The notes beneath the pieces are model-generated. The model had not been told where the DNA came from. It saw only the letters and a list, made by a program, of their open reading frames with translations, and did no database searches. A program made the position numbers and the translations under genes. Shown here in pieces: positions 33,605 through 43,269 of a stretch of 64,000 bases of DNA; the stretch's first letter is position 1; each line of letters starts with the position of its first letter. The stretch comes from Planctomycetota bacterium (GTDB lineage: Bacteria > Planctomycetota > B15-G4), in NCBI GenBank assembly GCA_038212275.1, contig JBBQUR010000004.1, positions 1 to 64,000 on the forward strand, in the 5' to 3' direction.

Positions 33605-35893
33605 TCAAGTGCGCGGAGCGCGGGTGCGACGTCGCGTGCGACCGGTGTCCGGACGAGCGACCGGAGCCTCCGGCGCGGCCTGCGTCACGGGAGCGATGTT
33701 CCGCTTGCGCTTGCTTCGACTGGGCGGGGGCTTGCGCGCTTCGGGGTCGGCGACCGGTGTCGGCGGCCCCTCGGCCAGCCGTTCGAGCAGGGACGTCTGG
33801 GCACAGCTCGCACGCGACGTCCCGGCCTTGTTGCGCTTCCAGCGTCCGTCGGACTGCAGCGACCAGGATTGCGTGTTGTCGGACATGCTCGCCGCGAGGC
33901 CTTCCTCGATGACGCGTTCCTTGAGGCGCTGATCCTCGATGGGGAAGCAGGTCTCCACCCGCCGGAAAAAGCTCCGGCTCATCCAGTCGGCGCTCGCGCA
34001 CCACGTCAGTTCCTCGCCGTCGGCGTGAAAGCAGAACACGCGGCTGTGCTCGAGGAAGCGCCCGACGATGGAGCGCACGCGGATGGTCTCCGACACGCCA
34101 GGGACGCCGGGCCGCAGGCAGCAGATGCCGCGCACGATGAGGTCGATGGGGACGCCCGCCTGGCTGGCGCGGTAGAGCGCGCGGATGATGGACGGTTCCG
34201 AGAGTGCGTTCACCTTGGCACGGATGCCGGAGGTGCGTCCCTGCCGGGCACGTTCGGCCTCGTGATCGATGAGCGCGATGAGCGTCCGCTGCAGCGTGAA
34301 CGGAGACTGCAGCAGCTTCTGCAGGCGCGTCACCTTGCCAAGCCCCGTGAGCTGCATGAACAGCTTGTGCACGTCCTCTCCGATCTCGCGCTGCGCGGTG
34401 AGCAGCGAGAAGTCGGTGTAGGTGCGCGCGTTCCCTGGATGGTAGTTGCCCGTGCCGAGGTGGCAGTAGCGCCGGAGGCTGCGCCCCTCGCGCCGGACGA
34501 CGAGCAGCAGCTTGGCGTGCGCCTTGTAGCCGACGACGCCGTACACGACGGAGGCGCCGGCCTCCTGGAGGCGCGTCGCGAGGTCGATGTTCGCGGCCTC
34601 GTCGAAGCGCGCGCGCAGCTCGATCACGGCCGTGACTTCCTTGCCGGATCGCGCGGCGTCCAGCAGCGCGTCCACCAGCGGGGAGCGGGGGCCCGAGCGG
34701 TACAGCGTCTGCTTGATCGCGAGCACGGCAGGATCGGCAGCGGCCTGGCGAACGAACTCCGCGACCGGCGCGAAGGACTCGTACGGGTGATGCAGCAGGA
34801 GGTCGCCGTGGCGCAGCACCTCGAAGAGATCGCGATCCGGCGCCAGGCGGCGGGGGAGCCCGGGAACGAAAGGCGGATACTTGAGGTCGGGGCGATCCAC
34901 GGCGTCATACAGCGCGGCGATGCGGTGCAGATTCACGGGCCCGCGGCAGCGGTACAGGTCGTTGCTGCCCAGCTGCACCTGGCCGAGCAGTGAACTGGCC
35001 ACGTCATCCGGGCAGTTGTCGGCCACCTCGAGCCGCACGGCGTCGCCGTAGTTGCGCGAGGGCAGTTCGCCCTTGAGTGCCTGCAGCAGGTTCTCGACTT
35101 CCTCCTCGTCCACCCACAGGTCGCTGTTGCGCGTCACGCGGAACTGGAAGCAGCCGGTGACCTTCATGCCCGGAAAGATCTCTCCGACATGCTCGTGGAT
35201 CACGGAGGACAGGAGCACGAAGTCGTGGTGTCCATCGCGCACGTCGGCAGGCAGCGGGATGAGGCGCGGCAGCGAGCGTGGCACCGCGACGACGGCGATG
35301 CCGCTGCCGCGCCCGAAGGCGTCGGTGCCCTCGACCTGGACGCTGACATTGAGACTCTTGTTGAGCACGCGGGGGAACGGGTGCGCGGGGTCGAGCCCGA
35401 TCGGCGTGAGGACGGGCACGACCTCGGACGTGAAGTAGCGCGCGAGCCAGCGGCGCTGGCGCTCGCTCCAGGCATCGCGCGCGAGGAGCCGGATGCCCTG
35501 TGCGGCAAGCTCGGGCAGCAGCGTGGTGTTGAGCAACTCGTACTGGTCGTCCACGAGCTGGTGCGCCGCGTCACTGATGCGCTGCAGCGCTTCGAGCGGG
35601 GTGCTCCCGTCGCTGGCGCGCGGCGCGACGCCATAGGCGACCTGCTGCTTGAGGCCACTGACGCGGATCTCGAAGAACTCGTCGAGGTTCGTGCTGCTGA
35701 TGCCCAGAAATTTGAGGCGCTCGAGCAGCGGCGTCGACGGGTCGCGCGCCTGTTCGAGGACGCGCCGGTTGAACTCGAGCACCGACAGCTCGCGGTTCAG
35801 GTAGAGCTCCGGCGCGGAGAGATTCGGAGCGCCTGGAACAATGGTCTCGAGCATGGTTCCCCGGATCGTCTGGCCGTGATGTGAGCTAGTCAA
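33605..35893 (-). CDS. ppk1: Polyphosphate kinase 1 (start may be 35854)
   Basis: YLNRELS, NLDEFFEIRV, DPAHPFP, HHPYESF, ELRARFDE, GTGNY, GRFLEHSR, SADWM. Confidence 0.95.
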   Translation of the reverse strand: MTSSHHGQTIRGTMLETIVPGAPNLSAPELYLNRELSVLEFNRRVLEQARDPSTPLLERLKFLGISSTNLDEFFEIRVSGLKQQVAYGVAPRASDGSTPLEALQRISDAAHQLVDDQYELLNTTLLPELAAQGIRLLARDAWSERQRRWLARYFTSEVVPVLTPIGLDPAHPFPRVLNKSLNVSVQVEGTDAFGRGSGIAVVAVPRSLPRLIPLPADVRDGHHDFVLLSSVIHEHVGEIFPGMKVTGCFQFRVTRNSDLWVDEEEVENLLQALKGELPSRNYGDAVRLEVADNCPDDVASSLLGQVQLGSNDLYRCRGPVNLHRIAALYDAVDRPDLKYPPFVPGLPRRLAPDRDLFEVLRHGDLLLHHPYESFAPVAEFVRQAAADPAVLAIKQTLYRSGPRSPLVDALLDAARSGKEVTAVIELRARFDEAANIDLATRLQEAGASVVYGVVGYKAHAKLLLVVRREGRSLRRYCHLGTGNYHPGNARTYTDFSLLTAQREIGEDVHKLFMQLTGLGKVTRLQKLLQSPFTLQRTLIALIDHEAERARQGRTSGIRAKVNALSEPSIIRALYRASQAGVPIDLIVRGICCLRPGVPGVSETIRVRSIVGRFLEHSRVFCFHADGEELTWCASADWMSRSFFRRVETCFPIEDQRLKERVIEEGLAASMSDNTQSWSLQSDGRWKRNKAGTSRASCAQTSLLERLAEGPPTPVADPEARKPPPSRSKRKRNIAPVTQAAPEAPVARPDTGRTRRRTRAPRT

Positions 35894-36000
35894 GATGTCA
35901 TCCTGTCCGATGCAAAGTCCACCGCGGCGCCGCCTGCCTGCCGCGCGCGCCGCCCGGGCCGGCTTTCATCAGACTTTCACGATCAAGGAGGTGAGTCCGC

Positions 36001-36555
36001 ATGGAGTTGCTCGTCATCCGCCACGCAATCGCAGAGGACGTGGACGAGGCCGCTGCGGCGGGGTGCCCCGACGCAGCACGCAGGTTGACGGAGCGCGGCC
36101 GTCGGCGGATGGAGCGCGCCGTGCGCGGGCTCCTCGCGCTGGACCTCCCGTGCGAGCTGGCGCTTCACAGTCCGTGGACACGCGCCACGCAGACGGCGGC
36201 CCTGCTCGCGCCGCTCGTCACGCGCGAGACGCGTCCCTGGGCCGCGCTGGCGCGCGCGCCGGACGCCGCCATGCTGGCCGAGCTGCAGCACGAGGTCGAA
36301 GCGCTCGGCAAGTCGGGTGGCACGCTGCGCGCGGAGGGCGAGCCGCGCCTCGCGCTCGTCGGGCATCAGCCGTGGCTTGGTGAACTCGTCGCCTGGCTGA
36401 CCACCGGCAAGCGCGCTGCAGGAGAGGCGATGCCACTGGGCAAGGGGGCCGTGGCGTGGCTCGCGGGCCGGCCGGCGCCCGGCTCGATGGAGTTGCGAGC
36501 GCTGCTGCCATCCTTCGTGCTGCGCACTCTGGGACAGGGGAAGCGCGCGCGCTGA
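36001..36555 (+). CDS. sixA: Histidine phosphatase SixA family
   Basis: LVIRHAIAE, SPWTRATQTA, LVGHQPWL; AAGGAGG SD upstream. Confidence 0.85.
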   Translation: MELLVIRHAIAEDVDEAAAAGCPDAARRLTERGRRRMERAVRGLLALDLPCELALHSPWTRATQTAALLAPLVTRETRPWAALARAPDAAMLAELQHEVEALGKSGGTLRAEGEPRLALVGHQPWLGELVAWLTTGKRAAGEAMPLGKGAVAWLAGRPAPGSMELRALLPSFVLRTLGQGKRAR

Positions 36556-36653
36556 GGTCTCTGAGACGCGCAGTAACCGGGTGGCGCGTGCGACTCACGT
36601 TGAGGTTGCCATGCGCGGGCGGGTTATCCTCCTCCGTCGCCATCGGAGGACGC

Positions 36654-37001
36654 ATGACCATCTACTGCCAGAACTGTGGAAAGGACACCGCCGGCAAGGC
36701 GCTGACTTTCTACGGCAACGTGATCTGTTCGGAAGACTGCAAGAAGTCGCTCTCGGAGCGGGTGTATTTCCGCGACACGCCGCCAGAGGCCGGCTCGACG
36801 TGGTTCTGCCCGCATTGCAGCGCCGAGAATCCTCTGGGCGATCCGCGCAAGAACCTGCGGCCCAGCTGCGCGTCCTGCAAGAAGCCGCTCGATCCGGCCT
36901 CGGCTGCGCCTCCACGGAAGAAGGGCTGTCTTGGTGCGCTGCTCATCGTGCTCGTTCCTGCGGCCGTCGTGCTGGCTCGAGCGCTCGGTAGCGCCACATG
37001 A
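36654..37001 (+). CDS. Multi zinc-ribbon protein with C-terminal membrane anchor
   Basis: CQNC, CSEDC, CPHC, CASC, then KKGCLGALLIVLV; GGAGGA SD. Confidence 0.7.
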   Translation: MTIYCQNCGKDTAGKALTFYGNVICSEDCKKSLSERVYFRDTPPEAGSTWFCPHCSAENPLGDPRKNLRPSCASCKKPLDPASAAPPRKKGCLGALLIVLVPAAVVLARALGSAT

Positions 37002-38407
37002 TGCGTCGACCGGCGGATGATGCTGCAGTGGCCCCATGCCGCAACCGCCCGGTTCTCGCCCTGTTGAAGTCGCGCAGCATGTGGCGCGTCACTTCACTTC
37101 TCGCGATGGGACTCTTTGCGGGGAGCTGCTTCCTGCAGGGACCGCCGCCGCCGCGGCCCGAGCATTCGCTCGAGACGCTGCAAGCTGCGCCGCCGATGCA
37201 GGTCTCCACCCGTGACGGGGGTCGTGCTGAGCGGGCTCCTGTCCGCGGCCTCCGCGCGGTGGCCGATGAGGCTGTCGTCTCCGTGGCGCCTCCTGATGCG
37301 GGCGGGACCTACCGCTACAACGCGCTGTTCGAGCCGCCACGGGGACGCATCCTGCATGGCATGGGGCAATGGATCGACGGCAACGCCGAGTACATCGCGA
37401 TGCTTGCCGACCCGAAACTCAATCCGGCTTCGGAACTGGTCTTCATGGCGGTTGGCGACTGGCCACGGCCGTGGGACTCGCGGCTGGCGATGGCGCGCGT
37501 GAAACTGGCGCAGGACAAGCTCGATGGCCACTTTCCGCACGTGAACATCGGGCTCTTCGGCATCGATTCCAGCACGCGTCGGGAGCACGGCATCGACGAC
37601 GAGATCGCCCGCACGGATCGCTACGACCAGCGCATTCGCGAACTGGCGCGCGTGCTGCGGGACCTTCGCGGCCCGGTGTTCGTGCGCATCGGCGGCGAGT
37701 TCTCCGGAGAGTGGTTCGACTATCACGCCTACGAGTACCCCATGGCGTACCGGAAGATCGTGAAGCTGTTCCGCGAAGAGCACGTCGACAACGTCGCGTT
37801 CATCTGGTGCTACGAGCCCTCCGGTCCCGACGACTTCGATGTCAAGGATGCTCGCGGCTGGCGCTGGTTTCCCGGTGACGACGTCATCGACTGGTATGGC
37901 CTCGATGTCTTCGAGATCGACGAGTTCGTCGTCCAGGCGAACACGGGCCGCCGCGGGCTGACGAACAAGGCCGCGCGCGCCGAGCGCTTCCTTGCGATGG
38001 CGCGCGAGCACGGCAAGCCCGTGATCATCGCTGAATGCTCCGCGGCCAGGGTGGCGATCACGAGTGACGCGGAGGATGGCCGACGTGACTGGGAGGAGTG
38101 GTTCATGCCCTTCCTGGCTTTCCTGGAACGGCATCCGGAAATCGAGGCCTTCCACTACGTGAACTTCGACTGGCGCAAGAGCGGCAAGGCACAGGAAAAC
38201 GGCTGGCTCGAAGCGCGGATCAACCTCAACTCCTACCTTGCCAGCAAGTGGATCGAGGAGATCTCCAGGCCGAAGTACCTGCATGCGCCGGACATCGCGC
38301 TGCTGAACGGATACGCAAAGGCCAGCGAGCCTCTGCCGGCCTCGGAGAGCAACGATGCTCCGAAGCCTGCTCCCGCCGTCCGGGCTCCCGCCGCCGACAC
38401 CCGCTAG
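36998..38407 (+). CDS. Glycoside hydrolase family 26-like lipoprotein (start may be 37079)
   Basis: VFVRIGGEF (acid/base), NVAFIWC, WFPGDDVIDWYGLD, KPVIIAEC (nucleophile). Confidence 0.8.
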   Translation: MMRRPADDAAVAPCRNRPVLALLKSRSMWRVTSLLAMGLFAGSCFLQGPPPPRPEHSLETLQAAPPMQVSTRDGGRAERAPVRGLRAVADEAVVSVAPPDAGGTYRYNALFEPPRGRILHGMGQWIDGNAEYIAMLADPKLNPASELVFMAVGDWPRPWDSRLAMARVKLAQDKLDGHFPHVNIGLFGIDSSTRREHGIDDEIARTDRYDQRIRELARVLRDLRGPVFVRIGGEFSGEWFDYHAYEYPMAYRKIVKLFREEHVDNVAFIWCYEPSGPDDFDVKDARGWRWFPGDDVIDWYGLDVFEIDEFVVQANTGRRGLTNKAARAERFLAMAREHGKPVIIAECSAARVAITSDAEDGRRDWEEWFMPFLAFLERHPEIEAFHYVNFDWRKSGKAQENGWLEARINLNSYLASKWIEEISRPKYLHAPDIALLNGYAKASEPLPASESNDAPKPAPAVRAPAADTR

Positions 38408-38448
38408 TCACGCCGTGCGAACCCGCTAATCACGCCGTGCGAACCCGC
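38401..38448. repeat. 22-bp tandem duplication overlapping the GH26 stop codon
   Basis: CCGCTAGTCACGCCGTGCGAAC followed by CCGCTAATCACGCCGTGCGAAC. Confidence 0.85.
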
Positions 38449-38471
38449 GTGAACCGTGCGCAGCGGCCTGC

Positions 38472-39116
38472 TCAGGACTCCAGGGCTTTGCGCACGAGCT
38501 TTCCCAGCTCGATCATGGCCTTGGCGTACATCATGCGGGCTGCCGCGGCGCTCGGCCGGCCGGTCTGGCTTGCGACGACCTCCCACGACGCGCCGGCATA
38601 GGTCCTCAGGATGATGATCTCCCGGTAAGCCTCGGGCAGCAGCGCGATGCAGGCCTCGACGACGGCCGTGCGCTCCTTGTCCGAGAGCTTGTCGTGCGGC
38701 ATCGGTGCGCCGTCGGGGAGCTCGATGGGGATAGTGCTCCCGTCGCTGTCGCGTTGGAGACTCACCTCGCGGGCGGGATTCCGCTTCTGCGCGCCGTGAT
38801 GATCCGCGGCTGCCAGCACCTGTCGCTCGGCAATCCGGGCGAGCCAGTTGATGAAGCTGGCTTCATCACGCAGCTCGAAGCGCTCGAAGGACTCGACCGC
38901 CTTGATGAACGTCTCCTGCAGGATGTCGCTGCCCTCGACACGCTGCTTGAGGCGGCTGCCGAGTCGCATGTTCACGATGCGGCGCACGCGGTCGTAGTAG
39001 CGCGAGAGGAGGCGGTTCAAGGCCACATCGCTGCCGGCCTTGGCGCGGTGCAGCAGGTCGATCGTGACCGTGAGGTCCCGATCCGGTGGGTGGTCGTCCT
39101 GAGGGGCCGGCGCCAT
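38472..39116 (-). CDS. ECF RNA polymerase sigma factor (kinase-associated type)
   Basis: LLHRAKAGSDVALNRLL, SDILQETF, FINWLARIA, LPEAYREIIILR. Confidence 0.9.
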   Translation of the reverse strand: MAPAPQDDHPPDRDLTVTIDLLHRAKAGSDVALNRLLSRYYDRVRRIVNMRLGSRLKQRVEGSDILQETFIKAVESFERFELRDEASFINWLARIAERQVLAAADHHGAQKRNPAREVSLQRDSDGSTIPIELPDGAPMPHDKLSDKERTAVVEACIALLPEAYREIIILRTYAGASWEVVASQTGRPSAAAARMMYAKAMIELGKLVRKALES

Positions 39117-39228
39117 GGCTCCGCGCGACAAGAAGAGGGGTGGTGGCGGGACGGGGAGAATGTTACTCGCCGAGTCACCTCCTGCGTCGTGGCATTCCGG
39201 GGATCCCGGGCGGCGGCTTGCCGCGGCG

Positions 39229-40554
39229 TCAGCCGCCGCGAAGGCTGCCTGCCAGGGCTGCGGCGACCAGCAGTCCCGTCACGGCGATCAGGATCGGCCC
39301 GCGGTGGCGGCGCAGCGCGTAGCGCGCACGCATCCATGAATTGGCTACCTGGCTGTCGCGCACGGCCACCGGGAGCTTCCGGCCGTCGAGGTAGAGCTGC
39401 AGGTCGGCATGCAGCGCGTGCATCGTCGGGTAGCGCCGTTCCGGGGCGAGCTCCGTGGCCTTCGTGCAGATGGCATCCAGCTCCGGAGGGATGCGCGCGT
39501 CGTGGGCGCGTGGCGGGGTGATGCCGCCGTGGTCGATCTGCCTCAGCGTGCTCCTGACGTCGCGTCCGTCGAAGGCGCGATGCAGGGTCAGCAATTCGTG
39601 CAGCACCAGCCCGAGCTGATAGATGTCCGCGCGCGGAGGGTCGGCTGTCGTCTCGCCGTGTGCGCGTTCCGGCACGCCGAAGTCCGCCCGACCGAAGAGC
39701 CCCCGCTCGAGTTGAGCGGCACCATGTTCCAGGGTTCCTTCGAGCCCGAAGTCCAGAACCACCACGGTTCCGTCGGCGCGCAGCATGAGATTGCCCGGCT
39801 TCAGCCCTCGATGCGCGACGCCACAGGCATGGGCTGCTTCGACGGTCGCGGCCGCATCACTCACCAGCGTGGCGACGGCTTTCCACCACGACTTGCCCGC
39901 GAGCGTCAGGCCCTCCGGCGTGAGCGGGCCCGCGAGCGCATCGGTCAGCGCATCGGTCAGCGCGCGCCCGGAACGGGGGGCGAGCTGTCCGCCGTCGGTA
40001 CCGGGCGCAGCACGGAGGCGGACCCGACGCAACAGCTCGTCGAAGGAAGCGCCCTTGACCAGCTTGGACACCAGGAAGCGCAGGTCGCCATCGTTGCCGA
40101 AATCCTGCACGGCGACGATGCGCTTGTGCGCGAACGCCGCCAGTGCGCGCGCTTCGATGACGAAGCGCGATTGCGGAGCGAGATCACGTCCTGCCGCGGC
40201 CGTGAGGATCTTGAGGGCCACGTGACTCCCCGTTCGGAGGTCCAGGGCCTTGTAGACCAGGCCCGTCCCACCCGAGCCGAGTTCCTCCTCGATGCGCCAG
40301 AGACCACCCACCACGACGCCGGCGCGCACGGGGCGGGGCAGGCTGTCCCTCGCGCCGAGGGCGTCCTGCACAAGCTGGCGGAACTCGGCGCGGTCCGGCG
40401 CATCCTGGAGCTGTCTGGACCATTCCACGAGTTGCGGTTGTCCGCCGGCCTCGTCGCGGGCGAGAAAGTCGGCGGCAAGCACCTCGGCCACGGACGGTTC
40501 GGCCGAGGCCCCGGCGGGCTGCTCAGGGCTGTTGCTCATGTCAGGCGTGGCCAT
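39229..40554 (-). CDS. Ser/Thr protein kinase-like protein lacking the catalytic Asp; C-terminal TM
   Basis: LGSGGTGLVY, VALKIL, HRGLKPGN, LDFGL, ADIYQLG, PERRY. Confidence 0.85.
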   Translation of the reverse strand: MATPDMSNSPEQPAGASAEPSVAEVLAADFLARDEAGGQPQLVEWSRQLQDAPDRAEFRQLVQDALGARDSLPRPVRAGVVVGGLWRIEEELGSGGTGLVYKALDLRTGSHVALKILTAAAGRDLAPQSRFVIEARALAAFAHKRIVAVQDFGNDGDLRFLVSKLVKGASFDELLRRVRLRAAPGTDGGQLAPRSGRALTDALTDALAGPLTPEGLTLAGKSWWKAVATLVSDAAATVEAAHACGVAHRGLKPGNLMLRADGTVVVLDFGLEGTLEHGAAQLERGLFGRADFGVPERAHGETTADPPRADIYQLGLVLHELLTLHRAFDGRDVRSTLRQIDHGGITPPRAHDARIPPELDAICTKATELAPERRYPTMHALHADLQLYLDGRKLPVAVRDSQVANSWMRARYALRRHRGPILIAVTGLLVAAALAGSLRGG

Positions 40555-40756
40555 CCGGTGCACAGGCATTCCAGTGGGGACAGGGGCGCGCGAGCGCCAT
40601 GCGAAGGAAAATCCTGTCACGAGGGTCTGCTGGACGGCTGGCTCGCGGCCGCATCGGAAGTGACATGGGCGGGTCCCGGGAGTACACCGATCCGGATCGG
40701 GCGGGCCCCGGGCGGACACCGGCCTGCCTTCCCCGCCGTGGCGGAGGCTTGTGGTC

Positions 40757-42220
40757 ATGGACGATTCCTGCACCCCGCGCTCACGGACCGATGTCCCGGG
40801 CATTCAGGGCGCGTCGCGCGGACGAGCCTTGACGCTGTCGCTCGCCGCGATGATCGCGGCACTGCTCGTCCCCACGGCGTGGGCGCAGGAGGGGGCGGGC
40901 AGCGCAACCGGCGCACCGAGCGCGGTGCGCACGCCCCTCCAGGCGGCAGGTGATCTCGGGCCGGAAGCTGCAGGCACCGGCTCCGCGCCGGACCCGCGCA
41001 CGCGACCGAAGCGCTGGCTGCTGCACGCCGTGCGCGGTGGCGTGCTCCGCGCCCTGGCGCGCTGGAGCGACGACCACTGGGAGTTTCAGCGCAACGGGCA
41101 ATGGGAGTCGCTGCCGGCGGGAGCCATCGACCGGGAGCAACTCGAGTCGGTCGTGCTCACCGAGTCCCGCAAGCGGCGCGCTGCCGTGCGGCGCAACGAC
41201 ACGGCGGGGCTCACGGAACACGCCCGCTGGTTGATCGAGTCGGGCCTCTACACGGAGGGGGTGAACCTTCTGTCCGAAGTGCTCGAGTCCGCGCCCGATC
41301 AGCCGGAGGCCCTTGCGTTGCTGGCTTCGGGGGCCGTGCCGGTGGCGCTGCCGAGTCTGCAGGTGCCGGCCGACGAGTTGCCGGCCGCCCGCTCGAGGTT
41401 GTTGCAGTACGGCGCCGCGGCGCCGCGCTCGCTGCAGGAGCTGGCCATCGTCGACCTGCGCGAGGCCTGCGCCGAGCCGGACGAAGCCGCCGCGCTGCGT
41501 GCCGAGCTGGTTGCGCTGCTGACGGATCCCTCAGGGCAGGCGCGGGCCTTTGCAGCCTTGGCGTTGCGACGGCTCGTGCCCGGCGAGGCCGTGTCGCAGG
41601 AGGAAGTCGAAGAGTTCCTGCGCCGCGCCCTGCAGGATGTCTCGTCCGAAGTGCGCAGCCAGGCCACGCTCGCGCTGCGCGACGTTCACGCAGAAGGCGT
41701 CATCCTGCCCATCGTGAAGGCGCTCGAGAGCCCGTCACCGGCGCTGCGCAGGCACGCTGCCGAGAGCCTCGGAGAACTGGGGTTTCCCGCGGCCGTACCT
41801 CCGCTCGTCACGAGATTCATCACACTGCCTCTGGATGGCGGCCCCGGCAGCTACCACGCACCAAGCGGCCACATCTTCGTGGGGCGGCAGATCGCCTACA
41901 TCGCGGGGTTCAGCGTGAACGTTGCCCAGAACGCGGCCATCGGTGATCCGGAGATCGGCACGCTGCAGGAGGGTGCCAGCATCGGCGTGTCGGTGCTGGG
42001 CAGCAGCGATGCCGCGACGGAGGGCTACCTGGCCGAGTCCAAGGCGCTCCGCACGGCACTCACGAAACTCACCGGCGCGAACCCGGGGGCGACGAAGTCT
42101 TCATGGAAGGCCTGGTGGGCGAAGAATCAGGATCGCTGGACGGCCACCGCCGCCAGTACGGGCGCCGGGACGGAGGAGCCCGCGTCCCCGCCGCCCGCTG
42201 CGGGTGGGGCGCCGCGCTGA
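40757..42220 (+). CDS. Exported HEAT-repeat protein
   Basis: Signal peptide ending TAWA-Q; HEAT repeats (DVSSEVRSQATLAL, SPSPALRRHAAESLGELG). Confidence 0.75.
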   Translation: MDDSCTPRSRTDVPGIQGASRGRALTLSLAAMIAALLVPTAWAQEGAGSATGAPSAVRTPLQAAGDLGPEAAGTGSAPDPRTRPKRWLLHAVRGGVLRALARWSDDHWEFQRNGQWESLPAGAIDREQLESVVLTESRKRRAAVRRNDTAGLTEHARWLIESGLYTEGVNLLSEVLESAPDQPEALALLASGAVPVALPSLQVPADELPAARSRLLQYGAAAPRSLQELAIVDLREACAEPDEAAALRAELVALLTDPSGQARAFAALALRRLVPGEAVSQEEVEEFLRRALQDVSSEVRSQATLALRDVHAEGVILPIVKALESPSPALRRHAAESLGELGFPAAVPPLVTRFITLPLDGGPGSYHAPSGHIFVGRQIAYIAGFSVNVAQNAAIGDPEIGTLQEGASIGVSVLGSSDAATEGYLAESKALRTALTKLTGANPGATKSSWKAWWAKNQDRWTATAASTGAGTEEPASPPPAAGGAPR

Positions 42221-42314
42221 CGTTCGGGGGCATGGCGGCCGTGACGTTCACTGTCCGGCATCGCCGCTGTCCGTCGGGCTGATGAGTCGTCGACGCGAGG
42301 GCGTCGTCGACGGG

Positions 42315-43268
42315 TCATTCGGCGTCTGCGCTGCGGTGCGGGCGCAGCAGTGAGGCGACGATGGCCGCCGCGAGCAGGCCGACGATGATCACCAGTGACC
42401 AGACGATGGGAACCTCCCACGCCGTTTCACTCATCAGCATCTTCGCGCCGACGAAGATCAGCACGGCAGCGAGGCCGTACTTGAGGTAGTGGAAGCGGTC
42501 CATGATCCCGGAGAGCAGGAAGAAAAGCGAGCGCAGCCCGAGGATCGCGAAGATGTTCGAGGTGTAGACGATGAAGGGATCGCGGCTGATTGCGAAGACG
42601 GCGGGGATGGAGTCCGTCGCGAAGAGGACATCGGTCGCTTCGGCGGCTACCACCGCGAGGAGCAGGGGCGTCGCCTTGCGCCGGCCGTCCTCGTGCACGA
42701 AGAAGTTGCCGCCGTGGTAATCCGCGGTCATCGGAAAGATGCGCCGGAAGCTGCGGGCGATGATGTTGCGCTCGGGATGCGGCTCGGCTTCGTCGGCGAA
42801 GAGCAGCTTGATGCCCGTGATCACGAGGAATCCGCCGAAGACGAAGATCATCCAGTGGAAGCGATCGAGCAGCGCGGAGCCGACGAAGATGAAGATGCCT
42901 CTCGTGATCAGCGCGCCGAGGATGCCCCAGAACAGCACGCGGTGCTGGTAGGCCGCCGGCACCGCCAGCGAGCGGAACAGCACCAGGAAGACGAAGAGGT
43001 TGTCGATGGACAGTGCTTCCTCGACCACGTAGCCGGTCGCGAATTCCGTGGCCTTCACGCTGCCGAACTTCAGGTAGACGAAGACGTTGAAGGCCGCGGC
43101 GAGCCCGACCCAGAACGCCGTCCAGCGTGCGGCCTCGCCGAGGCCCGGCATGTGGGCCTTGCGATTGAGCACGCCGAGGTCCAGCGCGAGCAGCGCAAGC
43201 ACGAGGACGGAGAAGCCGATCCACAAGCCCGGCGATCCGATGCCGACGTGTTCCGCCACGGCGAGCAT
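42315..43268 (-). CDS. TerC/Alx family membrane protein
   Basis: LALDLG, EEALSIDNLFVF, HRVLFWGILGAL, DSIPAVFAIS, TSNIFAILGLRSL. Confidence 0.93.
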   Translation of the reverse strand: MLAVAEHVGIGSPGLWIGFSVLVLALLALDLGVLNRKAHMPGLGEAARWTAFWVGLAAAFNVFVYLKFGSVKATEFATGYVVEEALSIDNLFVFLVLFRSLAVPAAYQHRVLFWGILGALITRGIFIFVGSALLDRFHWMIFVFGGFLVITGIKLLFADEAEPHPERNIIARSFRRIFPMTADYHGGNFFVHEDGRRKATPLLLAVVAAEATDVLFATDSIPAVFAISRDPFIVYTSNIFAILGLRSLFFLLSGIMDRFHYLKYGLAAVLIFVGAKMLMSETAWEVPIVWSLVIIVGLLAAAIVASLLRPHRSADAE

Positions 43269-43269
43269 G

